From contig OZ360232.1 in the NCBI GenBank assembly GCA_977017645.1, forward strand, positions 81,096,001-81,160,000: DNA of 64,000 nt. Direction: 5' to 3'. This DNA is from Torpedo marmorata. Its lineage: Eukaryota. The notes beneath the pieces are model-generated. The model saw only the letters and a list, made by a program, of their open reading frames with translations, did not search any database and had not been told where the DNA came from. The number at the start of each line of letters is the position of its first letter. The stretch's first letter is position 1. A program made the translations under genes and the position numbers. Positions 1 through 12,350 of the stretch are shown piece by piece.

Positions 1-565
1 CCATCCTTTTATCTGTTAGTTTTTCTAATGTCTCCACATAATCTGGTAAGTATTTTGTTCAATGATACCCAGAAGTCTGCCAAATATTTCAGCTGAGGCC
101 TAACAAGTGGTTTGCAACACTTTAGCATGTCTTCCTTGTTTTTGTATTCAGTTCTGTAATTTGCAAAATTATGCATTTTGTGCACTTTTCCATCTGCCAT
201 CTTTTAAGATTTGTGAATGTATAACTTCCTGGCACCACAGTCTCTACCCTGGCCAAAAATAATATCATGCTTGGCTTATTAAAGTTCATTTGAAGGCATA
301 TTATTCAAAGCAGAACATGCAAAAAAAAAAAGAAAGTGGAGCCGAGCCAGTGATATGTCTTTTGCACCAAATTTGGACCAGAACTGCAATGGTGATGTCA
401 AGCTTGTATTTTGTGCACGTGTTGTTTTTTTCCTTTTCATCTGTTTGGATTTGTTAGAACTGTACAGTACTATTTTTAATAACTTGATGAGATTTTAATG
501 TACAAACTTAATAATTAGCGTATTGAAATAATTAAAAAATGCAATCATGACTCTTAATTATACAT

Positions 566-695
566 AAAAACACACAAATGCTGGAGGAACTCAGCAGGCC
601 TTGCAGCGTCCATCTTTACCTCCTTTGTATACTGCGAGACTTGCTAAGTTCCTCCAGCATTTCTGGTTTTACGACAATCACAGCGTTTTAGTCTC
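566..695. mobile_element. Short fold-back Penelope pLTR remnant
   Basis: aaatgctggaggaactcagcagg ... cttgctaagttcctccagcattt inverted arms, same family as 7816-8152 and 14407-14650. Confidence 0.6.
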
Positions 696-849
696 TTATT
701 GTACATGTAGACTTGTAACAGACAAAGAATACAGCTTTAATAATTACTTTATCCAAGATGATATTAATTACCGTAGTTACTTGTGAAACTTAGTATATTT
801 AAAATAAGCCAAGCAGTTAAACTTGTCATGAACCTGCACCACCCCTTTC

Positions 850-868
850 TCCATCTAGGTGGCGCTCA
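850..868 (+). promoter_or_regulatory. CTCF-like motif
   Basis: ccatCTAGGTGGCGCtc resembles the CCASYAGRKGGCRS consensus with mismatches at its 5' end. Confidence 0.3.
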
Positions 869-1630
869 CAGATAAACTGGAGTGCTGTTGGGGGATAGTC
901 TTTCAAAATGGAATGTCTTATTTCATCAGTGCAAAATGCTGTTTTCAGTGCACTTTTATTTCAGAAGGTAGATTTATGAATTTTTTTCAACTTTTCAATA
1001 ACTTTTCACAATTAGACGCATAAACAAAACTAGGGCAGACTGGTTTGAAATATTCATTTTATTTTTTGAATTTTAATTGGTGAAGATACTAGGTTTGAGG
1101 TTTCCAAATGTTAGTATTAACAAACTAATTGACATATTTTCATTTTGTACTTTGGCATGGTGTTACAGTTTTGGAAACAAAGTTCAGACTGCTGACAAAT
1201 ATGATCAGTTTTGTAATGAAAATGAATTTTAGTTGTGTTATAGTAAGCTGAATCCATGGTGATGCCAAACAGTATTTCTTTAGTTTCATTAGTTTTAATA
1301 AATTACTGTATTGATAGCACTACTAATACAACTATACATCAGTTCTGAGTTTTAAGTTTGTAATATTAAAAAATGTTGGCAGATCCCAGTTTCTGTTTTG
1401 GCATTTAACAATGCATTAAAATTGGTTGATTGTAAACTTATTTCACTTTCTAAGAAGGTTAGTGCTTAAAACAGAAAACATGCTTGTAGTGAATTTTGAT
1501 TTTCTCATATAACAGTATAATAACTTTTGTAGGTCAAGTATCAATTTTGTGTAAAATTAGGCATCATTTTGATTAAAGTTGTACTGTTTGTTTTAGCAAT
1601 GGTCCAAAAAAAGGTAAAAGATAAAGTATG

Positions 1631-3180
1631 TGAGTAAATGAGCTGGAGAGACTCAGTTGGTCAGGTTGCACCCATAGAGAGAAATGGACAGTCAATCTTT
1701 TGAGTTTGTACCCTTTATCAAGACTAATATGGGAAGGAGAGGTAGCAAGAATAAAAAAAAGGGTTGGGGGAGGCTAGGACGTAATGGGATGCTGGATAAT
1801 TGAAAGTGGGAGGGGTGGAATTGGGGAGACAGGTAGGGAGGAGGGGGGGGAGGTATTGAGTGAAAAGTGAGAAGTAATGGCCTAGGAAAATGGGAACATG
1901 TAAAGGACAGAAGGAAACAGTGGAACTGGATCAGGGAGTGAGGATACCTGAAATTGAAAAATTCACTATTCATACCATTGGGTTGTAAGCTACCTGGGCA
2001 GACTGTGATATGGTGTTTTACATGTTTGCATTTGATCTCACCCTGGAAATGGATGAGGTAAAGGACACAACGGTCTGTGTGGGACTGGTGAGGGGAATTA
2101 AAATGGCTGGCAACCAGAAGTTCCAGCCATCACACAAGAGCAAAGTGTTGTTACTTGGTAAAAGCGTCACCCAATCTGTGTTTGGTCTCATCATTTTAGA
2201 GGAGGTCACATGGAGGTGCATGTGAAACTCTCCCTCACTTGAAAGATTTGTTTACAGGCCTCAATGAAGGTGACAGGAGAGATGTAGAGGCAAGTCTTGC
2301 ACCTCCCACAGTTGCAGCAGGAAGTTCCTAGGCATTTGGAAGAATGGATGTGGAGGGAAGAGTGAACCACAAAGTCATGGAGAGAGTAGTCTTCATGGAA
2401 AGGGAAGCGGAAGGTGTAGCTAGAAGTGGTATCATGTTGCAGTTGGCAGAAGTGTCAAACAATGATGTGATGGATGCGAAGGTTGGCGTGATTAAAAGTG
2501 AGGACCAAGTGAACCCTATCCTTGTTCTGTCTGGGAGGATGGGGAGAGGAAGCAGGTTGAGCGCGGAAGTGAGTGAAATGGAGGAGATGCAGGTGCTGGG
2601 GGGGGGGGGGGGCATGTTTCTTGACAAAAGAAGACATGTTGGATGTCCAGGAGTGGAAAGCTTCGTCCTGAAAACAAATGCGGCAGAGATAGAGAAACTG
2701 GGAACAAGGAATAGCGTAATTGCAAGAAAAGGTGGGAAGAGGTGTAGTTCAGGTCGCTGTGGCAGTTGGTAGGTTTGCAATATACATGGAAAATGTTTCC
2801 TGAGATGGAGGTAGCGAGGACTAGAAAGGGAGAGAAGTATTGGAAACAGTCCAAGTGAATTTGAGGACTGGTGGAAGTTGGCAAAGAAGTTGACTGAAAT
2901 TGTTGAGTTCTGCATAGCTACTAGAGGAAAGAGTTGGGTAAGATACCGGAGTAGGTTTTTCAAAATAACTGTTCCACATAGCCGAAGAAAAGGAAGGCAT
3001 AGCTGGAGACAATGATTGTGCCCATAGATACCCCTTGAATTTGGAGAAAACAGGACAAAATAGAAAGAGAAGTTGTTGAGAGAGAACAAGTTCAACCACG
3101 AGGAGAAGCAGAGGGGAGATGATAAGATTTGTGTTTTGAAAGGCCTGACAGCCCTGCATTTCTTTCTTAATGAGGAATGA
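1631..3180 (-). mobile_element. Degraded Penelope-like retroelement (RT C-terminal part, linker, GIY-YIG, pLTR)
   Basis: Broken frames contain RQNKDRVHLVLTF.. and a GxxMGT-like RT motif near 3020. Purine-rich 3'UTR and pLTR sequence at ~1631-1725. Confidence 0.7.
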
Positions 3181-3306
3181 CTGTATAGGTAAAAGTGAGG
3201 CAGTGGAGGCTGAGGAATTGAAGTTTGTATAAAAAAAAAAATTGTGTGTATAACTTTGCATCACTCATTAGAGTAGAAAATTTTATATATATATATATAA
3301 TAGATA

Positions 3307-3943
3307 CAGTAAAACCCCGTTATAACGCGATCGTTTGGGACCATAAAATGTCATCGTGAAAAAAGCAGGGTCGCGCTAAATCGGGGTTACACATATACAG
3401 CGAGAACATCATCAGCAGTGTGGAACCGGGCGCTTTTGGCAACTTGTTCAACCTGCCTCACCTCCATTTCAGCCGAATCCCTGTCCTACCTGCACAACCT
3501 GGCCACACTCCGGCTGCATTACCTGGGCATCAGCTCCCTGCAGGAGCAGAACCTTCGGCAGCTGTACAAGCTGAGGGAGTTGGCCACGCTGGAAGAGAGC
3601 GCACTGCCGCCGGCGCGCAGCCTGGCCGTGCTGCGCCTGGACAACAACCCGCTGTGCTGCGACTGCTGCCTGCGCTGGCTGCTGCGGACCAGCCCGGCTC
3701 TCAGTGGCTGCCAGTGTGCGCGTCTCCGGCTGACCTGCGGGGCTGCCGGAGTTCCGCGGCGCCGCGCTCCACCACTCGCTGGCCTGCCACAAGCCCCGGA
3801 TCCGGGAGTGGTCACCGCAGCGGGTGTCGGCGGCCGAGGGCCAGGCGGTGTACTTAAGGTGCCGGGCGGCCGGCGCGGGGTGATTAGCAGGTCCAATGAC
3901 TCATCGCGTTATATCCGAATTCGCATAAATCGGGGTTTCACTG
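3307..3943. mobile_element. Non-autonomous pogo/Tigger-like (Tc1/mariner) TIR element with captured gene fragments
   Basis: TA|CAGTAAAACCCCG ... CGGGGTTTCACTG|TA. The same terminal ~80/~50 bp recur at 47793-48311. Confidence 0.85.
3399..3857 (+). pseudogene. Fragmented LINGO-family (LINGO3-like) coding sequence inside the TIR element
   Basis: Pieces across frames: SENIISSVEPGAFGNLFNL / LTSISAESLSYLHNLATLRLHYLGISSLQEQNLRQLYKLREL / ATLEESA..SLAVLRLDNNPLCCDCCLRWLLR / PVCASPADLRG / LACHKPRIREWSPQRVSAAEGQAVYL. Order is colinear with the LINGO LRR-LRRCT-Ig layout, and the stretch is much more GC/CpG-rich than its flanks. Confidence 0.8.
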
Positions 3944-4089
3944 TAATTGAGAAAGCAAGCTATATGCTAACAAATTCCTTGGGACCGAAATGTCGGTAAT
4001 ATATCTTTACCTCCTATGGATGCTGCAAGACTGGCTGAGTTCCTCCAGCATTTCTGTGTGTTTTTACTTTTCCAAGGGTTTTAAAGTTG

Positions 4090-5150
4090 ATAGTGAATGT
4101 ATTGGTTGTAGGCTACCAACATTGTGTAGATTCTGGAGAGATCTCAGAGGTTTGATTTCTGCAAATGTAACATTACTTTTCAAAGAAGGATGGAGATAGA
4201 TAGCAGGAACATATAGGTCAGTTAGCCTCACATATGTCATTGTGGAAATGCTGAATCTGTTGTAAAAAGGTTTCAGCAGGACATTTGTTAAACCATAAGT
4301 CAGCATGGTTTTATGAAAGGAAAATGATGTTTGATAAATCTGCTGGAATTGAGAGTCTTATCAAATGCAGGTGACCCCCATGTTACAGCAGTTTGAAAGT
4401 ACCCCTCACTGAATTTAAAAATCACTGGGAAAATGATTAAAAATGGGTTCTTACGAAATTTATGTGGAAAAACAATGAATAAATTTTTTCACCACTCATG
4501 ATGCATGCACAGATGACACGGATTTGCATTATTCAAAATCCTGTAAGGGGAGCCAGAAGATGTAGTGTATTTGGATTTCTAGAAAACAATCAATCATGTG
4601 TTATATAACTGGTAACTGAACAAGAATGCAGGGGTTGGGGTTATGGCATGGATAGTGGAGTGCCCATGCAACAGAAAACAGCAAGAATAAAAGGGTAATT
4701 TTTTGCATTGAAAATCACTAACTAGTCGACCCCTGGGGACGAGGGCTGAGACTTTTCTATTTGTAGATAATCTATATTGAGGATTTAGATGAAGGGATTG
4801 AGCGTAACATTAACAAATTTGCTTTTTGATACAAAGATAATTAGGTTAAGGAGTTGTGAGGAAGATACAAAAAAATTTGAATGAAAAATTGTACCATTAT
4901 TTAAAGAGTGACTCTACAAGTTGTGGTAGAAAGTTATTAGCAAGTCCCAGCATAAAACATGGAGTTCGTATGCAGATAAAGCAAGTTATTAGGATGACTA
5001 ATGGAATGCTGGCCTTTATTGACCTTTATATGGATTGTAAAAGCTGGAATTGGCCTCATGGCTGTGGGAGTAATTTAATTGTGCATTCAGTTGTTGGTGA
5101 ATGGAGGGGAAAATATATATTTCTGCCGGCAGGGGACCCAATAACACAAG
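4090..5150 (+). mobile_element. Highly degraded CR1 LINE RT fragments
   Basis: Remnants of ANVT.LFK.G, SQHGFMKGK.CL.NLLE, DVVYLDF.K and KFA..TK motifs. Confidence 0.6.
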
Positions 5151-7815
5151 GACAAAGTTTGAAGATGTTTGTTTTCACGACAATGCTCTTTTTTGTAAAT
5201 GTACTGCAAGTATTACAATAGCTTTTCCCAACCATTGTTTGAAAATACATAATGCACCTTGGTACAAATTTATTTTAAGATCTAAAACCTTTTTTAAATT
5301 TTCAAAATTCACTATTGCCAATTGAATGCTGGTGTTTTGACTTGATAGGATACCTATAAACTGAATTAGTAGATTAAACTGCCACCAGTTATTGCTTCAT
5401 TTTGTAATGATTTCAGCCAGTATTGTAAAACAAATGGTGTTTGGGAATTGAGGTTATAGTTGTGCAAAGTATTTCAGTGGCTTTGTCAATAGGCAGCTGC
5501 CTGTGTTGACTTGTTACAGTCATTATACATATCTGCTAGTTAAGATGCTATACATCAGCAAACTAGCAGAAGCTTGTAATTACCAGAAACTCCCATTATA
5601 ACTGTGGACATGCAAATTTATTATGGAAACCTGACAATATGTCCAAACATGTCTGGTAAGTTTAGTCACAAAAGTCAATGATATCTGAAAATAAATATTT
5701 TGCAAATAAATACTTAAAAATAAATACTTTTAAAATGGCGCCTTACAGCGGCGACTCTTTGCGTGCAGCTCTGAAGGGAATAATCAAATATTCCCATTCA
5801 GAACTTCTAAAAATCAAACAAAAAATGACAAACATAAAATCAAACTTACCCGACAACATGGATGTACAAAGATCGCTGGCAGACCTTGGAATCGGCAGAA
5901 TCGGCAATCTCCGTTGGGTCAATAGTAAGTTGTTAATGGGGCACCAATTGGGAAATATCAAAATGGGTCCAGTGATTCTTGTTGTTTTTAATCAGCAGCA
6001 GCTTCCCTTGTGTTTTTGCCAACCAGTCTCTTCAGAAAACTAGTGTCAAGGTCTGAATGTTTCTGAGCTGATGAAATTGCACAAGTCCTATGATGGTAAA
6101 TTTTCTTAATTTCATTTGTCTGGAAACTAATTTTTTACTTGGAAAAATATAACTGACCATTGCTCAAAGTTAAATAATTTAAAAACTTGTGATTTTAATA
6201 AGTAATACAGAAGTAACTTGATATATACCTGAATTTTGGGAGTTTTTTTTTTTAAGAGTATGAACTTTCTTAATAAAGTAGGTGATTTTTATTTTGCTGC
6301 ACCAAATTATATTTTTTCTTGTATGCCCTTTTGTTTTGCATGATTATATCCTGAAGCCTCTGCATCTTTCACTTGCACTGATGTACTGTGAAGGATACAA
6401 TTCTACTTTGCCATTGTGGGTGCTGTATTAATGTTAACATTTGTCCATTTGTCTGATGCAGCTGGACATGAAGGATTCAGCAACCTTTTTTATTTTAAAA
6501 AGGAGAAAAGGGCAACGCGTCTCCAAAATTTGTATCATTTTCTTTTTTATAAATTCAATTTCCTTTATCATTTTCCTGAAGATAGTCATGTTGCATATTG
6601 TTCAATTGATTGACAGATGGTATAGGTCTCTGCAAGTTCTACTTGTTCATTGTCCATATACAAACTTCCAGCAGAGGTCACTGAACAACAGTCAAATTGT
6701 AGAAAAGTAACCATTTTTCTTCTTTGCTCAATTCCATCTTGAGGCTTCAATGCCGTCTGCACTGTTTCCACCAACTCCCCTGACGAGATTAGCTACCTCA
6801 AGATAAACCAGTAATTAACTACACTGCCTTCAGTTTTGTTTTTGTCTTGACTCTGGTCAGAAGATCTGAAACTGAAATTTTTAATTTTGGAATACCAGCT
6901 AGAAATGAGAATGACAATTTAAAATCTTTCTCAAGGAAATGATATAAAAGATTTAATTTGCTGCCTACAGCTTATACTAAAACATTTTGAGATTATTGTT
7001 AACTAATTAAGCACTGCTGACATGTTTGCTGGACAAGTATTTTCTCTGGATGAATGAAAAGAGTCTTTCTGCTTTGGATTTTAAACTGCTCTATTTCACT
7101 CAATAGATTAACATAAGAAAATAGCAGCTCAGCTAAGTGTGAAATGAAAATCAAACTAAAAATACCGTAGTTTTAAATTAATTTTTAAGAGTTACATATG
7201 CCAACTGCAAGTGAGATTTCTCCGTATTAATTCAGCTTGTTTGTTGATTAAAATGTAGCTGAGAACTGTAGGATTTTCTCCGCATGGTATGGAGTATTCT
7301 CAAATCTAATTTTTCTCCTGATTTGTGTGTAGGATAGTGTTCACTGCAAGCATATATTAAAAATCTGTTCGAAGTACAAATCTATATGGTCCAGTAACTC
7401 AATGGAGCATCTGGTTTTTGTGTGAATGTGTAAATACTTATGCAGTGCATTTTGGTAATTTGTTCTGGCTATATTTAGGTTAATTTCAAAATGTTAATTT
7501 GTTAAAACTTGAGGTGGTGAGAAATAGTTCACAGTAGCCAAGGGAAAAACTAGCCTAACCAAAGCTGAAATTTGATGTGCTTCTGTGGAACCAATTTGCC
7601 TTCTGATGCATGTTCCATTTTCAGATATTTTCCCAATGCTTGCTTTCTTCCTGATTCATTAAATCATAAGATCATCTTTTCACTATATCCCTTCTACTCT
7701 TGTTCTCTACATTCCTGTGGTAGAATAACTGCACTGGAGTGATGGAAGGGAAATAGATAATGATGATGACTCTAAGAATAGAATGACTAGAAGCATGAAC
7801 AAATACTAATTAGTG

Positions 7816-8152
7816 TAAAAAAACACAAATGCTGGAGAAACTCAGCAGGTCAAACAGTGTCTTTTATGTAGCAAAGGTAGAAATACATAACCGACGTTTC
7901 GGGCTTGAGCCCTTCATCTAGTCATTCTATTCTTAGAGTCATCATCATTATCTATTTCCCTTCCATCACTCTAGTGCAGTTATTCTACCACAGGAATGTA
8001 GAGAACAAGAGTAGAAGGGATATAGTGAAAAGATGATCTTATGTATTTCTACCTTTGCTACATAAAAGACACTGTTTGACCTGCTGAGTTTCTCCAGCGT
8101 TTGTGTTTTTTACTTCAACCACGGTGTCTACAGATTTTCGTGTTTTACTTCT
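7816..8152. mobile_element. Fold-back Penelope pLTR insertion with 15-bp TSD
   Basis: Inverted arms ~7816-7890 / 8039-8112. TSD aaatactaattagtg at 7801-7815 and 8153-8167. Confidence 0.8.
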
Positions 8153-8996
8153 AAATACTAATTAGTGAATTGGTATGGTCTAAAGCAGATACTCTTATTT
8201 CGGTTTTAAATTTTGTATTTCACGAGGAACTTTACCCACTGTGAAATTCAGTTCGGGGACTAAATTTTAATTCGGACTGGAGATGCTGAGGTTGGGTCGG
8301 AATCTTCACTGAATTCTCCCATGTGCTGAAGTGCCGCACATTTGCTTTAAATGGCTTGCAAATGTTAACCTGAAGTAGACTAGTTTGTCTTTGATCATTT
8401 CAGATACACTATATAATTTTAGAATTTTATTTTCATGCTATTTGGTAAAAAGGGGGCAGTATGGTACTAGTAAATTCAATTTTGAATTGAGTATTTTTCG
8501 TATGGTTTTCTGGTGCTACTGATTCTTCCTTTCTATCTGTTTTGTACTTTGCTCATACTTGATACATATTCTAGCTTTTGCTTTCTCATGGTGACTGCAT
8601 TTGAGTGTCAAATTGCATTTGAGTGTCAAGGTTAAAAAATGTGACCATTTTAAGATGGTAGATGAAAGTGCGCATTAGAAGAATGTAGCTGAATAACATC
8701 TGTATCCCTTTTTGTATTTGCAGTGCTTAAACGTTTCATTTTTCTGCATGTTCTTGATTATTTTATGATGATACTTCCTCCGTCCCATACCACATTTAAA
8801 AATTCCAGGTGATTTTCTCATGCTTCCATTCCTGTTATATGCCATATAAAGTTAATATCTTTTATAGCAATTAAAAATAGGTTAATCATGCATGATATCT
8901 CTCACATTAACGCATCAGATGGTTCAGAAAGCATTTGAATACATGCTGATACGTCAAAAGAAAATCTCAATGGTAGTTTAGACATTGAACCTTTAT

Positions 8997-9136
8997 NNNN
9001 NNNNNNNNNNNNNNNNNNNNNNNNNNNNNNNNNNNNNNNNNNNNNNNNNNNNNNNNNNNNNNNNNNNNNNNNNNNNNNNNNNNNNNNNNNNNNNNNNNNN
9101 NNNNNNNNNNNNNNNNNNNNNNNNNNNNNNNNNNNN
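8997..9136. other. Assembly gap
   Basis: N run. Confidence 1.
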
Positions 9137-9913
9137 TGTATATATATGACTAACAATACAAACTTGTTTGTATTGAAAGTATGAAGTGCAGATTAGCTAT
9201 GATATCCTATGATCCTTCAATCGTAATATTTAATCTTTCTGGATCTTTTTATTCAAAGCTGAGGAAAATTATCATACAGTTGAGAGTATTTTGCAAACAC
9301 ATTTTATGGAAGCATGTATTAAGTGTTAAACTACGGTTGTAAACTGCAATTGTTAAACCATCAAAAGCAACTTCAATCACTTGTGATTTTTTAAAAATAT
9401 CAAAATCAAAACTCATTAGTATTAATTCTAATTATTGACTTACATAGCAGTTTGGGCACAGCTTCATATTGAGCCCAACATCTTAATATATGCCAGTTGG
9501 TTTATCTAAAGGTCATTAATTTTTTAAAAAGAGATTGCTGACTAGGATGAAAAGACAATATGTTTAATGCCTGCCTACTTTAAAGTGGATTAGCACATTT
9601 CTAGGTTATTTTCTTAACTTGCCATAACTGTCTCTGAAATCTATTAATAATTTCTGCCACAATCACATAAAATAGCTGTTAGAAAACTAAATAACTAGAA
9701 TGGCCAGTTCTAAATCAAGACTGAAATATTTAAGATGGCTTTCATATGAAGCAGTAAGTACGATTTAGAGAAAGAGAACCACTGCCAGAATTTTGGTAAC
9801 TTTATTCTGGAAATAAAAAATATTAAAGTTCAGTTTTGTAGTTAAAAGATGAAAGCATTTTACTCACAGATTTCCCATTTCTTAAACTGTGTTGGTTACA
9901 TGAGCTCATTAAT

Positions 9914-11463
9914 TTATACTTCACATTCTTTATAAGGCAGCTGCTGACATTTGCATTGTCCATAACCATTTATGATCACCAGTGCGCCTTCCTCGTGGGT
10001 GGGCTCGTATTCATTATAGGGTACTTGTGTCGATAAATCTGCCATAGGCTGCCGGGCTTGATGGCGAATTTGCCTTCTGTGTTGCATCATGGAGCAATGC
10101 CTTATACGTCTCAGGGTAGGGGGGCAGCATTTCCGTGAAATGTACACCACAAGGATAATGAGAAAAAAGGAGAACAATAGGGCCATTGTTCCAGTTATTA
10201 TCCTGTGTGTAAAGAGAGTATTATCAGGTTCAAGGAAGTCTTCAGCAGTTGTTTCTATAGTTGGATTTTCAATATCTGTAGTGGAATCCAACGATGTTAA
10301 TTTTGTTACATACTCAGTAGTTTCTGGCTGCTGTGTGAGATCTGTATAGCCAGTAGTTATTTGTGTGGCAGCTGCTGAAAGATTACTGCAGATTTGAAAT
10401 CCATGAACGGCATCTAAGATGTCCTCTCCTTGTGTGTGCTCTGGGCTAGCACAGACCATTGAGTTCTCCCATCGGCCTTGGAAATTGCTTAGCCAGGAAG
10501 CCAGGGCGCAAATACTTTTGTTACAAACCCACATGTTGCCAGAAAGACCGATATGAGTTAGAGATTTCCATGAGTTAACAATCTGAGCATCCAGAGTGGT
10601 TAGCTTGTTCGAATCCATCAGAAGTATCTTGAGGTTTGGCATTGTAAGGAAAACTAAAGGGTCAATTGTTCTAATTTCATTTCCTGTCACATCAAGTTTT
10701 TCCAATGTGTCCCAGGTCCATTCCATTCCACATAATAAGATATTAATTTTGTTCCATTGCAAAAATAGTGTTTGGAGGCTGATTAGCCGAGGGAAATGAG
10801 CAAAATTAATCTTTGTCAGCTGGTTGTGCTCTAAGTGAAGCTCCTTGAGTTTGATTAATCCTGCAAAGCCATTACGAGCCAGACTTCGTAAACGATTGTT
10901 GCTTATATCCAAAAACTCCAGGCTTCGGCAATCCCAGAAAATCCTTATGGGAATGGTCCTTAGTGAATTGGAACGTAGATGTAATGTCTGAAGTTTCCTT
11001 AAACTGTGGAATTGCTCTGGTTGTAGAGAAGTAATTTGATTAAATGACAGATCCAGATTCTGCAAGTTAATCAGCTGGCTGAACGTGGTATTTGCCAGAC
11101 GCACAATCCGATTGTAGCTGAGGATTAATTCTTTGAGTTTATATAGTCCTTGGAAGGCATCCTCTTGAATAACAGAAATCTGGTTGTGATCTAAATAGAG
11201 CCATGCAAGTTGGCTGAAGCTTGTAAACTGATCGTTTTGCAGTTCAAGAAAACTATTGTGTCTGAGTGACAAGCCAATAGACCCATGGGAGATGTTATCG
11301 GGTACTCCTTGAAAACCTTGAGAATCGCAGTAAAAGAGCAGCTCCTCGCATCTGCATTTCTGTGGACATGCTGCGCCTGAGGCGGGCAGCATTTTCAATA
11401 ACATGCTCATCACACACAATGCCACCGTTGTTGGCCCCCCCAATGGCCACTTCGAATGCAAAC
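9914..11463 (-). CDS. LRRTM2: LRRTM2 coding exon 2 (leucine-rich repeat transmembrane neuronal protein 2)
   Basis: Reading frame ...GLHSKWPLGG...CPQKCRCEELLFYCDSQGF, about 10 LRRs, LRRCT, TM (IITGTMALLFSFFLIILVVYIS), C-terminal PDZ ligand YKECEV, stop TAA 9916-9914. Acceptor ...cctacAG|GT at 11465-11464. Nested antisense in the CTNNA1 intron as in other vertebrates. Confidence 0.97.
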
Positions 11464-11726
11464 CTGTAGGTGGCAATCAAATAAAATTCATTTAGGTTTC
11501 TAGTCTAAACAGCCCATCATAAATGTTGATTTAGGTACTTTGTTTCCCTCCCCCACAAAAGCTCTTTAGAGCAGCCAACGATGATGGAATTGTAAGACTT
11601 GATTTTCTTTTCAAAAGACATTCTACTTGTTTCCAGCAAGATAAGTAATTGATCCTTCCCCCTTCAATCTCGGCATCAGTTTTCCTTTTTTGTTTTGAAA
11701 ATCTCATTTGAAAATATAACACTTAC

Positions 11727-11730
11727 CCAT
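11727..11730 (-). CDS. LRRTM2: LRRTM2 coding exon 1 (ATG+G only)
   Basis: Minus strand reads agaagagaATGG|gtaagt. Splicing to 11463 gives M-G-L-H-S-K-W, 517 aa total, the usual 4-nt first coding exon of LRRTM genes. Intron 11464-11726. Confidence 0.9.
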
Positions 11731-12350
11731 TCTCTTCTGCACATTGGAGACTGCATTCAACTATCCTTCTGTTGAGACGACTTGAGCAGTGAGCTGGAAA
11801 GAAGTTCCAGTGGAAGAGGCAGCTTTTGAAAGGAGATAATACAAAAGGATTTCTATTTGCTTTCACGCAAGACAATAGCGAGTACTCCAGTTGGAGGCAA
11901 AAAGAAAAAATGCCATAGTAATTCTTCACCTATCTCCGCTGTAGCGTTTCCTCCCAAAGCTTTGCCCTTGCCCTGCTTTGATTTCCACTGGCTTAGGACT
12001 ATAGCAATTTTTCTTGCGAATGAATGAAAACAAACATTTCCTTCTCTTGTCCATTCAATTGCTTAATTGAAGTCCAAACCTTTGGCTGCACAGCTGGTGG
12101 TCCTGTCCTTAACTTGTTGATGGTAATGAAGTACTTGTGCAGAGACTAGCTAGTGGTGCGAACACATTGACTGAAAGCTTCTTTGGAACGGAATGCTGTG
12201 CTGGTGCTGCAAGAACGCAGACTTGCAGATTGGTGGCAGGCTGGCGTAAGCTTGTGACGTGCAATGTTTTCAGGCTTTTCAGTAGCATGATGATGAGCTT
12301 CATACTGCATGCAGTCTGCAAATTGGATGAACAGACATTGAAGCGTCGAA
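11731..12350. promoter_or_regulatory. LRRTM2 5'UTR/promoter region (candidate bidirectional promoter)
   Basis: Transposon-free sequence immediately upstream of the LRRTM2 ATG with a CRE-like TGACGT near 12255. The TSS cannot be determined from sequence. Confidence 0.45.

Noticed and set aside
3418-3999. 193-aa ORF as a functional LRR gene or LRRTM2 duplicate
   Set aside because: Homology switches frames, large parts are deleted, there is no signal peptide or TM, it is enclosed by TIRs, and the sequence is LINGO-like rather than LRRTM-like.
10089-10799. Plus-strand ORFs overlapping LRRTM2
   Set aside because: Antisense shadows of the real CDS with no independent support.
11464-11476. ORF-track start MPPTG for LRRTM2
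   Set aside because: This is intronic sequence upstream of the acceptor. The true ATG is in the 4-nt exon at 11727-11730.
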